Below are positions 59,661-64,000 of a stretch of DNA of 64,000 nucleotides, piece after piece (the first letter of the stretch is position 1; each line of letters starts with the position of its first letter). The stretch comes from the human T2T-CHM13v2.0 reference genome, Homo sapiens. Under the pieces are notes generated by a model. It had not been told where the DNA came from. It saw only the letters and a program-made list of their open reading frames with translations, and searched no databases. The position numbers and the translations under genes were made by a program. The stretch lies in the NCBI RefSeq assembly GCF_009914755.1, contig NC_060929.1; one strand, given 5' to 3'.

Positions 59661-60496
59661 AAGATTTTGCCTGTTAGATACTTGTTTGAGAATTTTGACT
59701 CCTTTGTACTTATTTTTTTGACTCATTAAAAAAATTTTTTTACACCTTCGTTGAGATATAATTCAAATATCATATAACTTACCCATTTGATGTGTACAAT
59801 TCAATGGCTTTTAGGATATTCACAGAGTTGAATGAATCAATTTTAGAATATTTTCATTCCCCCAATAGCAGTCACTCCCCATTTCTACCCAGTCCCCTGC
59901 AGCCCTAGGCCACCACTAAGCTACTTTCTGTCTATAGATTTGCTTGTTCTGGACATTTCATGTAAAGGGAATCATATGATAAGTAGTCTTTTGTGACTGG
60001 CTTCTTTCACTTAACATAATGGTTTCCTGGTCTTGAACTCCTGGCTTCAAGCAGTCTTCCTGCCTTAGCCTCCTGAGTAGCTGGGATTACAGGCATGTGC
60101 TACCCTGCTTGGCTTGTTTTAAAAATGCATTTCAAGGCAGACGCGGTGGCTCACGCCTGTAATCCCAGCACTTTGGGAGGCGGAGGCGGGCGGATCATGA
60201 GGTCAGGAGATCCAGACCATCCTGGCTAACATGGTTTCCATGTCTTGCTCCTGGTTTTCCTTCGCTCTCTGGGATGGCACAGAAAGTTGTACATATTTCT
60301 GCAGTACGTTTCATAAACTGTTCATGAAAAAAGAAAAAAAAAGTTCTACATATTGTCTGCCATCTCTGGAATAGTTGAACAGGTTGGATAGGTTCTTTGA
60401 AGAACAACAATAGAAAAGTACTTCCAAACAAAGTCTGTCTCAAGTCTTCAGATGCACTTCAATTGTAGTCACTTAAGACAGATGTTTTTTGATCTC

Positions 60497-62300
<1,804 letters not shown>

Positions 62301-63945
62301 GTCTAACTACATTTCAACACAATAATTCCTCTTCCTCTGTTTCCTCCCTGACCTGCCTCCCTCATCTTGGTCTTTGAATTCTTGCTGACAGTTGCTTTCT
62401 CCTCCTTTTGCTCTCTGGTTGTTTTCATGGGACTCTGCCATGCCTGCTTAGTTCTTTAGGTATTATTTTTGAAAACTGTTCCTTTTTAGATTTGACATCA
62501 CTGTGACTCTTCTGTAAGTTCCTTGACTGTATTTCTTTTTGGATACTGAAATAGTTTGAGCTGAACTCAGTGTTCTGGTACAGAGAACAGGATGCTAAGG
62601 TAAAATTGTGTCCTTTGCTTCCCACAGAAATTTGAAAAAGAAAGCCCATAAAATGTTTCAAACATGCAGAAAGTATACAGAATAATAGAACTGAATGCTG
62701 GTGTGCTCACTCCCTGGGTGTATTAAGTGTTAACATGACATTTTGTTATCTTTGCCACAGATTTGAAAAGAATGTACTCATTTAAAAGTTTATTTATGTG
62801 TTCAAAATATATTGATGGACATGTTGGTTATTTACATATTTTTGCTATTGTAACAATGCTATGTGAGTGTTTCCCTGTGCTCATAGGCAAGTTTTTGTAG
62901 CCATAGATAATCTGTAACACAAACTTCTGGGTGATTGATAAGCAAAACTGTAAGTGATAATCACTTCTGTAATATGTTGACAAATAAATGTTGAAGCCAC
63001 TTTCAATAACATACATGAAAGCTTTAGTTGAGGAAGAATGCTTTTTGTGTTGGCCATTTAGATGGAAAAATGCTAACTCATGTTACCTTTCATCTTTTGA
63101 TTATACCAGTATGGCATGCTGTTTTTCAGAACATGCTGTTTGCATGCCTATAAGGAAAACTGATGGAATATTGGAATTAGTAGCAAAAATTGCTTTCATA
63201 TGATAATTTAAAAAATATTCATTATATACTTTATTTTTCCTTGGTGATATCGTTCAATCCTATTTAGGAGTCATCAGCCAAACCTATATTTATTATTCTT
63301 TGTACCATCCTAATTTCTGAGCAAGATTTTTTTAAAGCTTTTTATTATGGAAAATTTTAAACACACAAAACTAGAGAAGATAGTACTGTGAACCCTATGT
63401 ACACATCACCCAACTTCAATACAATCGACTTTTCTTTTGAGGAAGGCTTTAAACTGCAATCTTAACATTAGTTTTATATTTAGAAAGTATTACATCCAGC
63501 GTAACACAAAATATTAATAACATCCATTTGAAGAGTTATTTTAGTATTCCTGTGAGGTAACTGGCAAATGTTTAGAGGACTTATTATTATTATTAGACAT
63601 AAAAGTTATCCTTTTAATACAGTTTTGCAAAATTATAGGTATATTGTGGATTTCTTCTCTCCATTAGTTTTTCAGGCCAGTAGTCTATCAGGCCAGTCTT
63701 CTCTCTGACAGGGAGATTGTCCATAAGTTTTGTAAAAGTGAGACATAAGCCCTTCAAAATGTTTTGATACAAGAAGTCAGAAAACTATTTCAAACATTTA
63801 GAGGACTTTGTTTTTAAAATGATGTTCAGGGACCAACCAGTAATATCCCCTGGTCACTGCAGTGTTTGTGGGATTCTGGATCAAACACTATAGAAGTCAC
63901 TGCATGAGCTGCATCTCATGTGTTTGTCGTGTGCTTGGATTCCAG

Positions 63946-64000
63946 ATCGCAGTGGTCATGGGCTCCTGCACCGCAGGAGGAGCCTATGTGCCTGCCATGG
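63946..64000 (+). CDS. MCCC2: MCCC2 exon 7 (truncated by the window end)
   Basis: ttccag| IAVVMGSCTAGGAYVPAM, the carboxyltransferase GSCTAGGAY motif. Confidence 0.95.
   Translation, partial: MAVVMGSCTAGGAYVPAM

Overview
Human (primate) genomic DNA, consistent with chr5q13.2. The + strand carries the last coding exon and 3' UTR of BDP1 (about 2090-5160). An intergenic region follows, containing a 6.5-kb betaretrovirus-like HERV-K(HML-6)/LTR3-type provirus (9237-15741) that sits inside an Alu, which in turn sits inside a MER5 DNA transposon. Next come the CpG-island promoter and coding exons 1-7 of MCCC2 (24766 to the window end). Intron 5 is a GC-AG intron. Intron 6 (22 kb) holds a full-length antisense L1PA2-like element (41914-47925) with a dead ORF1/ORF2 but an intact ORF0 oriented sense to MCCC2. 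The rest is dense Alu, LTR, L1M, L2 and MIR repeat sequence. The strongest leads are: (i) an L1 'gene-breaking' and ORF0-fusion configuration in MCCC2; (ii) a provirus with an in-frame pol-env deletion fusion, retained rec-type splice sites and a vestigial primer-binding site inside its LTRs; (iii) two local templated insertions in intron 6; (iv) AATAAA hexamers overlapping stop codons in both genes. I see no clear evidence of a wholly new biological system. Gene and repeat names come from recognition, not database searches, and repeat boundaries are approximate unless a target-site duplication (TSD) is given.
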